Assembly: GCA_913043225.1 (NCBI GenBank)
Contig: CAJWLU010000005.1
Coordinates: 96,001-160,000 of the forward strand
Direction: 5' to 3'
DNA length: 64,000 bases
From: an uncultured Acidobacteriota bacterium
GTDB lineage: Bacteria; Acidobacteriota; Vicinamibacteria; Vicinamibacterales; UBA8438
Positions 32,358 through 42,279 of the stretch are shown here, one piece after another (position 1 is the first letter of the stretch; each line of letters starts with the position of its first letter). A model generated the notes under the pieces. That model ran no database searches and was not told the DNA's origin. It saw nothing but the letters and a program-made list of their open reading frames with translations. The position numbers and the translations under genes are program-made.

Positions 32358-34357
32358 CGCACTCGTGCCCCTGATGGCGCCGCTTCGGGATCATCGACGG
32401 TCAGCAACACCGGTTTGCCCTCCGGATCAGTGGCCGCGAGCATCATACCGTTCGAGTCGACGCCCATCAGCTTGGCCTTCTCCAAGTTTGCCACGATCAC
32501 CACTGACCGTCCGACCAGGGACTCCGGCTCGTAGGCGCGGGCGATGCCAGCCACCAGCGTACGCTCGGCCCCACCCACCTCGACGGTCACCTTGAGCAAC
32601 TTCTTCGACTTTGGGATCGCCTCCGCCGACGTTACGCGGGCCACCCGCAGCTCGACCTTCAGGAAGTCATCAAACGACACTCGGGGCGCCTCTTCAACTG
32701 GCAGCGGGGCCGGCTTCTCGGCGGCAGGGGTGGGCATTGCGACCGGTGGTGCCGGCAGCGCCGGTGGGTCCAACTCGTCAGTCATCTTAGTCTCTGTTCC
32801 TTTCGCTGCTGTCTTCCGCTCCCTCGTGGCGCCATCAGGCTCCGCGTCGGCCCGCTCGATTCGAGGCCAAAGTGGCGGCCCTTTGACCAGCGAACGGGGG
32901 CGATTCGACCATGCCGCCTCGACCGACAGATCGGTCGGTGGACCATCATGGCCCATGCGACGGAGAATCTCCGTAGCTGATGACGGTATGGCGGGCCACA
33001 AGAGCACGGCCGAGACCCTGATTGACTCGGCGGCGTCAAACAGCACCCTGTCCAGCGCTTCCGCCTGAGCCGGGTCCTTTGCCAGCGCCCAGGGTTCCGA
33101 CCGCGTGATGTACTCGTTGGTCGCGTCGACTAGATCGAAGGCCAGGGTCATCCCGGCATGAAGGCGATGCTCATCCATGGCGGCCCGATATCGGCTCACA
33201 ACTTCCGCGGCCCGTATCTCCAGCGACGACGCACCCCCCTCGGGAGCTGATAGCTGTCCATCTCGGTATTTATGCGCCATCACCGCCACCCGGTTCACCA
33301 GGTTGCCGAGGTTGTTGGCAAGGTCGACGTTGTACTGCTCTTCGAACCGTTCCCACGAAAAGTCGCCGTCCTGACCGAACGTGATCTCCTTGGTGAGGTA
33401 GAGCCGGAGCGGATCCGGCCCCAGGCGCTCGGCTGCCTCGAGAGGGTCGACGCTCATGCCCAGTGACTTGCTCATCTTCTGGCCCTGCCAGTGGACCCAC
33501 CCGTGGCCGAAAACCTGCGCCGGCAGCGGCACCCCTGCGCTCATCAGCATCGCGGGCCATACGACGGTGTGGAACCGGGTGATGTCCTTCCCGACCACGT
33601 GGAGCTGGGCTGGCCACCAACGTTCGAACAGCGCCTCGTCGGTGCCGTAGCCAATCGCCGCGATGTAGTTGATCAGCGCGTCGAACCAGACGTAGACCAC
33701 GCTCGACGGGTCGAACGGAAGCGGGATGCCCCAGCTCTGCCCGGTCCGGCTGACCGAAATGTCTTCCAGCCCGCCCTCAAGCAACCGGAGCATCTCGTTC
33801 CGCCGCACCTCAGGCTGCAGGAACTCCGGGTGCGCCCGGTAGTGAGCCAGCAGTGGATCGCGGTAGCGGGACAAACGGAAAAAGTGGTTCTTCTCCTTGA
33901 TCCAGTCCGGCTTCTGCGTCGGGTGAACCTGGCAGTAGCCATCGAGTAAATCCTTGTCTTGCTTGAACGCTTCGCAGGAGACGCAGTACCACCCCTCGTA
34001 CTCGCCCTCGTAGAGGTCACCGGCGTCGGCGATCCGCTGCACAAGGGTGGTCACTGCCACGCGGTGACGATCCTCGGTAGTCCGAATGAAATCATCGAAC
34101 GAGACGTCGAGCTTGGCCCAGGTCTCTCGGAACACCTGCTCCATCTCGTCACAGAACGCGATCGGGTCGAGTCCGCGCTCGGCGGCCCTCTGATATACGT
34201 TCTGAGAATGCTCGTCATTTCCCATGACGAACCACGTCGGGATCCCGCACATGCGGCGGTACCTGACGATCACGTCTGCCGTGACCTTCTCGTAGGCCGT
34301 TCCCAGGTGCGGGCGGCTGTTGACGTAGTCGATCGCCGTGGTGAGATAGAATCCCAC
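32354..34357 (-). CDS. metG: Methionyl-tRNA synthetase with C-terminal tRNA-binding domain
   Basis: PHLGT (HIGH-like), DEH, CxxC knuckle, YVWFDAL, KMSKS; C-terminal OB domain; GTG start. Confidence 0.96.
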   Translation of the reverse strand: MGFYLTTAIDYVNSRPHLGTAYEKVTADVIVRYRRMCGIPTWFVMGNDEHSQNVYQRAAERGLDPIAFCDEMEQVFRETWAKLDVSFDDFIRTTEDRHRVAVTTLVQRIADAGDLYEGEYEGWYCVSCEAFKQDKDLLDGYCQVHPTQKPDWIKEKNHFFRLSRYRDPLLAHYRAHPEFLQPEVRRNEMLRLLEGGLEDISVSRTGQSWGIPLPFDPSSVVYVWFDALINYIAAIGYGTDEALFERWWPAQLHVVGKDITRFHTVVWPAMLMSAGVPLPAQVFGHGWVHWQGQKMSKSLGMSVDPLEAAERLGPDPLRLYLTKEITFGQDGDFSWERFEEQYNVDLANNLGNLVNRVAVMAHKYRDGQLSAPEGGASSLEIRAAEVVSRYRAAMDEHRLHAGMTLAFDLVDATNEYITRSEPWALAKDPAQAEALDRVLFDAAESIRVSAVLLWPAIPSSATEILRRMGHDGPPTDLSVEAAWSNRPRSLVKGPPLWPRIERADAEPDGATRERKTAAKGTETKMTDELDPPALPAPPVAMPTPAAEKPAPLPVEEAPRVSFDDFLKVELRVARVTSAEAIPKSKKLLKVTVEVGGAERTLVAGIARAYEPESLVGRSVVIVANLEKAKLMGVDSNGMMLAATDPEGKPVLLTVDDPEAAPSGARVR

Positions 34358-35553
34358 TACTTCCTCTCCGTTGTGCTCGAGCGATAGGCTTGCACCGCCG
34401 CGGCCTGAATTTCCTTGACCGACACATCATGGACGTCGGCCTGACGGGCGCAATCGTCGAACTCCGGCGAGACGTTCATCACGGCCTCGCCCCGGCTCGC
34501 CACCTTGCACCGAATCTCACCGAATGGCGTTATCACCGGCACAAGGCTCCGCTGCAGCACCTCGCGGGTCATCTCGCTCCATCGGAGGCCGATCGTGGTC
34601 GAGTCGCGAAACAACGCATCAACCACCGCCTGGCGTGACGCCGGAGGAGCCAGCACCGTGACCAAGGTCCCTGGCCGGTTCTTTTTCATCTGTACAGCCG
34701 TGTAGAACACCTCGACCGCTCCGGCAGCATACAGACGCTCCATTAGCACCCCAAACAGGCGAGGATCCATGTCGTCCACCTCGCACTCGACGACCGCGAT
34801 CCGTTCACTGCCAGCCAATGGCCCAGTCTCCCCGACCAGCACACGGAGCACGTTGGGATGCCCCGCCGGGTTCCTCGTGCCCGCTCCGTACCCGATCTGG
34901 CTGACCTGCATCGGCGGTAGGTCACCGTACTCGGTGGCAAACTCGGTCACGAGCAATGCCCCGGTCGGGGTGAGCTTTTCTCCCGGTGGACCGGCGGCGT
35001 AGATCGGCACGCCGGCCACCAGCGCCGCTGTCGCCGGCGCGGGCACCGGCAACGTCCCATGCTCGCAATCGACGGTGCCGCTCCCCACGTTAATGGAAGA
35101 CGCCACGATCTTCTCGGCGCCGAACCACTCGAGGGCGAAAACGCCGCCTACGATGTCGACGATCGAGTCGAGCGCCCCAACTTCGTGCAGATGCACCTTC
35201 TCGACCGGCATCTGATGAATCCCTGCCTCGGCCTCGGCCAACCGCGTAAACAACCGATTCGCCCGGGCCTTGGTCTCGTCACCGAGAGCGGTTCGGTCCA
35301 CGAGCTTCCGGATACCAGACAAGTGGCGGTGACGGTGCCCGGTCTCGAGCTGTCGCTCCACCACGGTGAACTTGGTCGCCGCCAGGCCAGACCGGTCGAC
35401 CCGCTCCGCCTCCACTCGGCACTCGTCCTCCAAGGCAAGGGAGCCCAGAGCCTCTTCGAGCGCATCAAACGGGAGACCGGCGTCGAGCAACGCGCCGATG
35501 ACCATGTCACCGGAGGCACCCGAAAAGCAGTCCAGGTACAGCACGCGGCTCAC
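34357..35553 (-). CDS. larC: Nickel pincer cofactor nickel-insertion protein LarC
   Basis: DCFSGASGDM, HLHEVGALDSIVD, PVPAPAT, TPTGA, MKKNRPG. Confidence 0.93.
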   Translation of the reverse strand: MSRVLYLDCFSGASGDMVIGALLDAGLPFDALEEALGSLALEDECRVEAERVDRSGLAATKFTVVERQLETGHRHRHLSGIRKLVDRTALGDETKARANRLFTRLAEAEAGIHQMPVEKVHLHEVGALDSIVDIVGGVFALEWFGAEKIVASSINVGSGTVDCEHGTLPVPAPATAALVAGVPIYAAGPPGEKLTPTGALLVTEFATEYGDLPPMQVSQIGYGAGTRNPAGHPNVLRVLVGETGPLAGSERIAVVECEVDDMDPRLFGVLMERLYAAGAVEVFYTAVQMKKNRPGTLVTVLAPPASRQAVVDALFRDSTTIGLRWSEMTREVLQRSLVPVITPFGEIRCKVASRGEAVMNVSPEFDDCARQADVHDVSVKEIQAAAVQAYRSSTTERK

Positions 35554-35687
35554 TGGCCCAGTGCCCCATCAGAGAAGTACGTCACTAAATTTTTCCCGTC
35601 TCCAGAAAACTCCACTACAAAACGTTCGCCATTACCAGGTGGTCGCTGACCTCTATGCCCAGCGCAAGGCATCACCATGCCTCGACC

Positions 35688-36476
35688 TTAGCCGTCCCAG
35701 CGCCCCGTCATGACGATCTCCGCCCACCCGGTCAGTCGGATCGCCGCTTCCTCCCAGACGACCCGCTGCACCCCACCAGGCGACTCGACGTCAAGCGATC
35801 GGGAAGCGCCACCGAACGCGGCCGCAGCTACCCCGCTCGCGCAGGCGCCCGTACCCGAAGCCGCGGTCGGACCAACACCACGCTCCCAAATCAGGATGCG
35901 GATGTGCGAGGGCGTTACGACCTCGACCAGTTCGACATTCGTCCCATGCGGATACGCCTCGTGCACCGCGAGCGCGGCTCCGAGTTCATGCAGCCGATCC
36001 TCCGTCAGCGGTCCACCGAGCACGACGCACTGAGGGTTGCCAACCGAGAGCTGGACAACCTCGACCGCCGCCCCGGCCACCTCTAGCGTGCGCCGGGCAA
36101 GCCCGCTCGGCGCTGGCATCTCCGCCTCGAAAATCCAGCGAGGTTCGCGTGTCTCTAGCTTCCGGAGGGCGATTGGTCCGGCATCGGTCTCAACCCGCAG
36201 CTCGTCAAGCTCCGGTCGATCTCGGGCCACAATCGCCGCCAGACAGCGCACCGCGTTACCCGATACCTCCGCCACCCCTCCGTCGGCGTTGTAGAGCACC
36301 ATCCGGCTCCCGGAAGGGATCGGTGTGTGCAGAACAAGACCATCGCCGCCAACGCCGGTGTGACGGTCACACATCTCTCGAGCTAACCGGGCCCGCCCAT
36401 CCGACGGGGTCTGGTCGAGAGGCGCGAAGAGGAAATCATTCCCATAAGCGTGCGCCTTGATGAGGTCGATGGACAT
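35688..36476 (-). CDS. dapF: Diaminopimelate epimerase-family protein, Ser/Ser active-site variant
   Basis: GNDF, DRHTGVGGDG, NADG..AEVSGN, GNP, NVE, WERGVG.TAASGTGA. Confidence 0.85.
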   Translation of the reverse strand: MSIDLIKAHAYGNDFLFAPLDQTPSDGRARLAREMCDRHTGVGGDGLVLHTPIPSGSRMVLYNADGGVAEVSGNAVRCLAAIVARDRPELDELRVETDAGPIALRKLETREPRWIFEAEMPAPSGLARRTLEVAGAAVEVVQLSVGNPQCVVLGGPLTEDRLHELGAALAVHEAYPHGTNVELVEVVTPSHIRILIWERGVGPTAASGTGACASGVAAAAFGGASRSLDVESPGGVQRVVWEEAAIRLTGWAEIVMTGRWDG

Positions 36477-36495
36477 GCCGATATATGGTCAGAGG

Positions 36496-37335
36496 TCAGG
36501 GGGTCGCCAGCGTCGTCAAGGGACTCGTGAACACCCAGGTCAGCCCGCCGGTTACCCCAACGCGGGGGTCGTCCGCCGTGAAACCAGCGAACAACCCGCC
36601 ATCGAGGCGCACCGAACCTCGGGTGTAGCGAAGCCCGAACGTCATCCGCCCGCCGGTCTGGTCACCAGCCTTGCCGTTCACCTCGACCACGACCTCGGTG
36701 CCCGGGTAGAGTGCCCTAGCTAGCGACAGCCCATAGGTCAGCACATCGTCCTGCCGTTCACCCCGAATCGGGTCGGTCAGGATCCCGAGTCCCACGTTAC
36801 CCACGATGCGCACCGCTTGGATCGTCTTTCCGACCAACAGCGACTGAAAGAAGTCCATCGTGTCGAGCCCAAGGCCGCTTTCGTTGGTCGCCATCGGCAA
36901 TCGCGTCGCGAAACGCAGCGCAATACCGGGACGCCTAGCGCCTTCTGACAGGAACTTCACCTTCGCACCGATGACGATGTCGTCATAGCCGCTGGTGGTG
37001 CTGCCTCGCGCGCGGACCATGTCGGCGAGCGGGGCCGGGAAACGGTCGCTGATGGCCAGCCGGCTGCGAGAAAGACCGTCCAGCTGGATCTCGGCTAGGT
37101 CGCCCATTCCGAAGCTTAGTCCGACGAGCGGCCCCCGCAACAGGTTCCCCTCGAGTCCCGAGGACGGGAACGGCTGGTCCCAAACATGATCGATGCCTGT
37201 CTCTAGCAGAATGAGACCGTCCCCGACCGGCTCAGGGTCTTCGGTCAACAGCGGCCGCTGCTGGGCCGCCGCCGGCGCCACGCTCATCACCAGGGCCGTC
37301 ACTACCCCGGCTGTCCATCTCCAGCCTCTTGTCAT
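36496..37335 (-). CDS. Putative outer-membrane beta-barrel (MetA-pathway/transporter-like)
   Basis: Signal peptide, RPLLTEDP start, amphipathic strands, GLTWVF near the C-terminus. Confidence 0.6.
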   Translation of the reverse strand: MTRGWRWTAGVVTALVMSVAPAAAQQRPLLTEDPEPVGDGLILLETGIDHVWDQPFPSSGLEGNLLRGPLVGLSFGMGDLAEIQLDGLSRSRLAISDRFPAPLADMVRARGSTTSGYDDIVIGAKVKFLSEGARRPGIALRFATRLPMATNESGLGLDTMDFFQSLLVGKTIQAVRIVGNVGLGILTDPIRGERQDDVLTYGLSLARALYPGTEVVVEVNGKAGDQTGGRMTFGLRYTRGSVRLDGGLFAGFTADDPRVGVTGGLTWVFTSPLTTLATP

Positions 37336-37879
37336 CTTCGCTCTCACCTCTGTCCCTTCGGATGTATCCGATGGCCGCCGCGTCATACGTCGCGTGCGCG
37401 ACGATCGGCGCCAACAGGCCGCCGGTGAAGGCCGCCAGCGCTCCCAGCCCGAGTCCCATCAGGCCCGCCCAGATCCCGAACGCCAGCGACGTCCGTCCAC
37501 CGATGTGAGCCAGGCCAAATAGCACACTCGCGACGAGCAGTCCCCATTCGCCCTGCACCGCCCCCCGAAACAGAAGCTCCTCACCGATACCGGCCGCCAA
37601 GCTCACCCCCAGGACTTCTGCCAACGTGGCCCGGGAAAACAGCGGGCGGAGCGTCTCCCGATACAGGGTCCTGATCTGGCGGACGGGACCGACCGGCGGC
37701 GCCAGCCTGAGCATCGCGTAATTCAGCGCCCCGAGGGCGACGGCGGCGACCAGCCCCATCCCCACGCCACGACCCACAGGCCCAAGCTCAAGCGGCAAGC
37801 TGCGCCAGCAGACCCAAACCGACGCCACCACAGCCAGCAGCCCTTCTCCGACGAGCGCCACCGTCAACAACCGGCTCAT
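37232..37879 (-). CDS. CPBP/Abi (CAAX type II) intramembrane protease
   Basis: GEELLFRG, FGLAH, AHATYD. Confidence 0.85.
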   Translation of the reverse strand: MSRLLTVALVGEGLLAVVASVWVCWRSLPLELGPVGRGVGMGLVAAVALGALNYAMLRLAPPVGPVRQIRTLYRETLRPLFSRATLAEVLGVSLAAGIGEELLFRGAVQGEWGLLVASVLFGLAHIGGRTSLAFGIWAGLMGLGLGALAAFTGGLLAPIVAHATYDAAAIGYIRRDRGESEDDKRLEMDSRGSDGPGDERGAGGGPAAAAVDRRP

Positions 37880-37887
37880 GACGGACC

Positions 37888-38337
37888 TCAGAACACCTTC
37901 TGACTGTCGAGGAGGATGGTGACCGGGCCGTCGTTGGCGGCCTCAACCGACATGTGGGCCTGGAAGCGACCCCATGAGACAGGCACACCAAGCGCGCCGA
38001 GCGCTGCCCCGAGACACTCGTAGAGTGCCCGGGCACGTTCGGGCGACGCTGCCCGGTCGAACGATGGCCGTCGGCCCCGTCGACAGTCCCCGTAGAGCGT
38101 GAACTGCGACACCAGCAGCACCGCGCCACCCGCATCGATCACCGACCGGCTGAACCGCCCGTCGCCGTCCTCAAAAACACGGAGTTCGGCGATCTTCCGG
38201 GCCAGATAGTCGACCGCTCCGTCGTCGTCTTCCCCTGCCACACCGACATAGACGAGCAGGCCCGGCCCAATCGCCCCGACCATGTCGCCATCAACCGTGA
38301 CACTCGCCGAGGTCACCCTTTGCACGACGGCCCGCAT
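37888..38337 (-). CDS. dtd: D-aminoacyl-tRNA deacylase
   Basis: MRAVVQRV, SQFTL, GRRPSF, NDGPVT. Confidence 0.95.
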   Translation of the reverse strand: MRAVVQRVTSASVTVDGDMVGAIGPGLLVYVGVAGEDDDGAVDYLARKIAELRVFEDGDGRFSRSVIDAGGAVLLVSQFTLYGDCRRGRRPSFDRAASPERARALYECLGAALGALGVPVSWGRFQAHMSVEAANDGPVTILLDSQKVF

Positions 38338-38421
38338 CAGATTTGGCGACGCGCCCACCCCACCAGAGAACCGACGAGACGGTGTTTCGGAGAAACAGCC
38401 ACAGGCATGAACACGCAGAGG

Positions 38422-39237
38422 CTACGTGGTGAGAGGGACCGGCTGGTCGAGAGTGGCAGCGACTTCGGCCCGCAACTCGGCCACCGGGTTGAGCCGGCGG
38501 TCGAGCAGATGTCTCCCCGCCACGTTGCCGAGCGCCTTCAGCATCGACTGCTTGACACCCGGGTGCTCCCGCTCCAGGTCGACGAGCAGCCGTTTCACCC
38601 GCTGGCGCTGCAGGCTCATGTCGCCACAGGCCGAACAGCAGCATCCAATGATCGGCAGCCCGACCTCGTCGGTGTACTGTCGCGCTTCCTCTTCCGCCAC
38701 ATACACAAGCGGCCGGATCACGACGTGCCGACGGTCGTCCGACACCAGCCGAGGCGGCATCGCCTTGAGCGCACCGGCGAAAAACAGGTTCAGCAGCAGC
38801 GTCTCAATGAAATCGTCGGCGTGATGGCCGAGCGCGATCTTCGTCGCCCCGACCGCACTGGCCACCCGGTAGAGTACGCCCCGCCTGAGGCGGGCGCACA
38901 GCGAACAGGGCGTCGCCTGTGCATCGAGCTTGTCATCGAGGATGGCACCGATCGTGGTGTGCTCGATCTGGAGCTCCCAGCCTCGCTCATCGCAGATCTG
39001 GGCAATGGTGTCATGCCGGTAGTCGCGGTACCCCGAGTCGACGTTGACGGCCACGAGCGTGAAGTTGATCGGGGCGCGACGACGCAACGCCTCCAACAAC
39101 TGCATCAGAGCCCAGCTGTCCTTGCCTCCGGACAACCCCACCATCACCCGGTCGCCCTCTTCGATCAGATCGAAGTCGACGATGGCACGTGTGACTTTCC
39201 GGGCCAGCTTCTTTTCGAGCGCGCTCGCGTAGGCCAT
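38422..39237 (-). CDS. ttcA: tRNA 2-thiocytidine synthetase
   Basis: SGGKDS PP-loop, CSLCARLRRG, GHH.DD, CxxC. Confidence 0.92.
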   Translation of the reverse strand: MAYASALEKKLARKVTRAIVDFDLIEEGDRVMVGLSGGKDSWALMQLLEALRRRAPINFTLVAVNVDSGYRDYRHDTIAQICDERGWELQIEHTTIGAILDDKLDAQATPCSLCARLRRGVLYRVASAVGATKIALGHHADDFIETLLLNLFFAGALKAMPPRLVSDDRRHVVIRPLVYVAEEEARQYTDEVGLPIIGCCCSACGDMSLQRQRVKRLLVDLEREHPGVKQSMLKALGNVAGRHLLDRRLNPVAELRAEVAATLDQPVPLTT

Positions 39238-39264
39238 CGTGGGTCAGTTTACCGGACGTCTTCG

Positions 39265-40314
39265 TCAGCCGCCGAGGAGCCGGGGAAGCGTCCGCTCCCA
39301 GGTGTACTCCGCTGCCCGCTGCCTGGCGGCGGTCCCGAGACGTTCGGCTTCGTCCTCATCGTCCATAAGCCGGCGACAGGCTTCCCCGACCGCGTCTGGG
39401 GTTGGTTCGACGACGAAGCCATGGGTGCCATCGTCGACGAGCTCGGCCGGCCCTCCGCTGTCGGCGCACGTCAGCACCGCCTTGCCCGACTGGAACGCCT
39501 CGAGCGTGAGCAAACCGTAGTCCTCTGCAGCGGTCAGGTAGCAAACTGCCCGGCAGCGCGCTAAATGGTCGACCAGAGCAACGTCGTCGATGGAGCCAAC
39601 CAGCTGCACCCGGTCGGCGAGGCCGAGCTCCTGCAGCCGAGCCTCCAAAACAGGTCGCTGGTCACCGTCGCCTGCGATCACACACCGGACCCCGACCGCG
39701 ACGGGCCGCGCCAGCGCCTCGAGCAGGAGCTCCACCCGCTTGAGCGGCGACAGCCGGCACGCCACAAACAGGTAGTCGCCGTACCCATCACATCGATACG
39801 AGCGCGGTGGCGGCGGCGGATACAGCACCTCGGACGGAATCCGGCCCCAGGTCGACAGACGCGCCTGAATGGTCTTGGACTGCGCGAAAAGCGTGCGGAC
39901 GTTGCGCGTCAGCAGATACGTATCGGCGGCGTGGATCACCCGCCGCCGCGCCCGTTCCTTGATCCGGCCTTTCCACGACAACGTCGCTTCGAACCGCGGC
40001 CATTGGTCGTAGTACTCGCGCATCCGATGGTTGATCCAACAAACATGGGACGGGTGACGCACCGCGTAGCTCGGAAAGCGGAAACTGACCACGTGGTCGA
40101 TCGGGTGTCCATCGTGGGCCATACCCACATCGGTCAGCCAGGTCGACAGGTAGGCGCCCCCTTGCCGACCGAACCGGTTCTGGGGTGTCCGGACCACGGT
40201 GGCGTCGTGCCCCGCCTCACGGAGCGCCCGAACCAGACCGTGCGCGATGACCAGATGGCCACCCTCGGCGAACAAGGGATGTGAGGTAACGACCGCGACC
40301 CTAGCCACCGACAC
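39265..40314 (-). CDS. Glycosyltransferase family 4
   Basis: RL...KRV, EDYGL..LEA, DSGGPAELV. Confidence 0.88.
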   Translation of the reverse strand: MSVARVAVVTSHPLFAEGGHLVIAHGLVRALREAGHDATVVRTPQNRFGRQGGAYLSTWLTDVGMAHDGHPIDHVVSFRFPSYAVRHPSHVCWINHRMREYYDQWPRFEATLSWKGRIKERARRRVIHAADTYLLTRNVRTLFAQSKTIQARLSTWGRIPSEVLYPPPPPRSYRCDGYGDYLFVACRLSPLKRVELLLEALARPVAVGVRCVIAGDGDQRPVLEARLQELGLADRVQLVGSIDDVALVDHLARCRAVCYLTAAEDYGLLTLEAFQSGKAVLTCADSGGPAELVDDGTHGFVVEPTPDAVGEACRRLMDDEDEAERLGTAARQRAAEYTWERTLPRLLGG

Positions 40315-40335
40315 CTCTCATCATCGGCCGTCTCC

Positions 40336-42246
40336 TCAAGGAGACGCCTCCACGGCCTCGAGGCGAATCGCCGCGCCCAGAAACCGACCATCGGCCGATG
40401 CGCCATCGAGTAACCTCGGCACGAATCCGTCCTCGACCGAGACTCGCAACAGATAGGCCCAGCTATCCCGGGAGTACACGCCCGTGGGCGAGAGTGTCAC
40501 GCTTCCTTCCACGTCAGGCTCAAGTGGCAGTCTCGCGCTGGCGCGGCCCACCTGAACCGACACACGATTAGCCACCGGCGACCGGGCCGTTACGGTGAGC
40601 GACTCCAGTTCCAGCCGATTCCGGACGATGATGTGGGCTTCGTCACCTCCCCCGGTGATCCAGATCCCCGGGGGTTCTGGCAACCAGGCGTTGTAGTCCA
40701 GAAAGTACAGCTGTACTCGCGGGTCGTTGCTGTGCAGGACCCTGGCTCGTGGACCGTCCAGATTGATCGGCAGATCCAGCACCATTGTCAGCTCGACCGG
40801 CAGCAGCCTTAAAGCCCCTTGTGCCGGCGCCAGATATGACTCCTTCGCGGAAACGAATGGATTGATCAGGATCTGACCGATGAAGAACATGCCCCCCAGT
40901 AGTGCCACCACCGTGGGGGCGAACCCTCGCATGGCTGGTGTCAAGAAGAAGAACAGCGCGTAGGTGGACAAGTAGTAGCGATTCCCGGTCGGTCCGCCAC
41001 CGCCAGACCAGGTAAAGGGCATGTAGAGCGCCAGGCCAACGGCAGAGACCACCGCCGTGGCCAGCGCCACCCATTGCCAAGAGCGCGCGGTCGATCGAGC
41101 CCGCCAGAACAGCAAGGTCGCGACGACCCCCGGAAACAGGAACGGCACGAAGCCGAAGTGCCGACCGATCAGGAAGTACCACACATTGCGAGCCAGCAAT
41201 GTCAGATACCCGGAGAGCGGTAGCGGGTCCTCGACTACGACGGCCCCGGTCGCCACGTTCTCGCCCAGCTCGCCGAACGGGGTGTCAGAGCCATCGAACG
41301 GGAATTCACCCGTCAGATATTTCCGATCGAGCCCGCCCTGGTAGTTAAACTCGCCGCTGACCATGGCATTCACGCCCAGCAGCGCGACAGCGATACCGGC
41401 GGCCAAGAATCCGACCACCCATCCCTGCCGGAATCTGCGTTGGGACCATAGGTAGAACACCGGCGCGGCAATGAACAATGGCGTCGGCACGGGCTTCGAA
41501 AAGATCGCAACCCCCAGCACGACGGCGGCCACCAGATCGACACCAGGACGGCGGAGCCAGTGCCCGACCGGCGTCGTGGGTGGACCCGCTACATCCTTGT
41601 AGAACCACAGGAAATAGGCAAAGAAGACGAGCGCGAAGTTAAAGAAGTCCGAGGAGAGCCAGACCGCGTAGATAGGCGCCTCGGACACGAACAGAAACAC
41701 CGCCACCCACGCCAAAGCGACGAGCGCAGGCGTGCGTCCCTGCAGGAACCTGTAGCCACAATAGAGCACAATGACCAACAGGATGACGTGAAACCAGAGC
41801 AGCCCGTTGATCCCGGCGATCCGAACGAATGGCGCCGCAAACAGGGCGGATACGAAGGCCTTACCAAAGTACAGACGATCGTCGCGCGCATCGGGATAGG
41901 TGTCGCGGTGGACGAACGGGAAGTCTCCGTTGACCTCCCAGAAGGAGCGGACCCCCTGCTTCAGAAAGACACCTTCGGGCCCACCGTCATAAATCTCGAA
42001 AAAGCGGTCGAGGTCGACACCATCGGTGTAGACGAGGTCGCCGTCGTAGGCCAGGCTCAGCGCCATCAGGACGTAGGTTGATTCATCCCCTTTGATACCA
42101 CGGAGGGTGCGCGGCACGTCGATCGACAGCGCGACGAACGACCCGACCAGCAGAAGCGCGAGCGTGACCGCGAGCCCGGGGTCACGCCACCGGGACGGGC
42201 GCCGCGCTTCAGCAACAGCGACCGGCTGGTCCATGCCGTCGATCAT
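40336..42246 (-). CDS. Multi-pass membrane GT-C-like glycosyltransferase
   Basis: Acidic GDESTY in the first external loop, about 11-13 TM helices, GNRYY, C-terminal beta domain. Confidence 0.6.
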   Translation of the reverse strand: MIDGMDQPVAVAEARRPSRWRDPGLAVTLALLLVGSFVALSIDVPRTLRGIKGDESTYVLMALSLAYDGDLVYTDGVDLDRFFEIYDGGPEGVFLKQGVRSFWEVNGDFPFVHRDTYPDARDDRLYFGKAFVSALFAAPFVRIAGINGLLWFHVILLVIVLYCGYRFLQGRTPALVALAWVAVFLFVSEAPIYAVWLSSDFFNFALVFFAYFLWFYKDVAGPPTTPVGHWLRRPGVDLVAAVVLGVAIFSKPVPTPLFIAAPVFYLWSQRRFRQGWVVGFLAAGIAVALLGVNAMVSGEFNYQGGLDRKYLTGEFPFDGSDTPFGELGENVATGAVVVEDPLPLSGYLTLLARNVWYFLIGRHFGFVPFLFPGVVATLLFWRARSTARSWQWVALATAVVSAVGLALYMPFTWSGGGGPTGNRYYLSTYALFFFLTPAMRGFAPTVVALLGGMFFIGQILINPFVSAKESYLAPAQGALRLLPVELTMVLDLPINLDGPRARVLHSNDPRVQLYFLDYNAWLPEPPGIWITGGGDEAHIIVRNRLELESLTVTARSPVANRVSVQVGRASARLPLEPDVEGSVTLSPTGVYSRDSWAYLLRVSVEDGFVPRLLDGASADGRFLGAAIRLEAVEASP

Positions 42247-42279
42247 AGTGTTCGTCGCGTCGAGTTTCGGCGTACGCGT

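Noticed and set aside
37232..37335. ~100-nt overlap between the CPBP gene tail and the next gene
   Set aside because: Probably a low-complexity run-on tail; no sign of function
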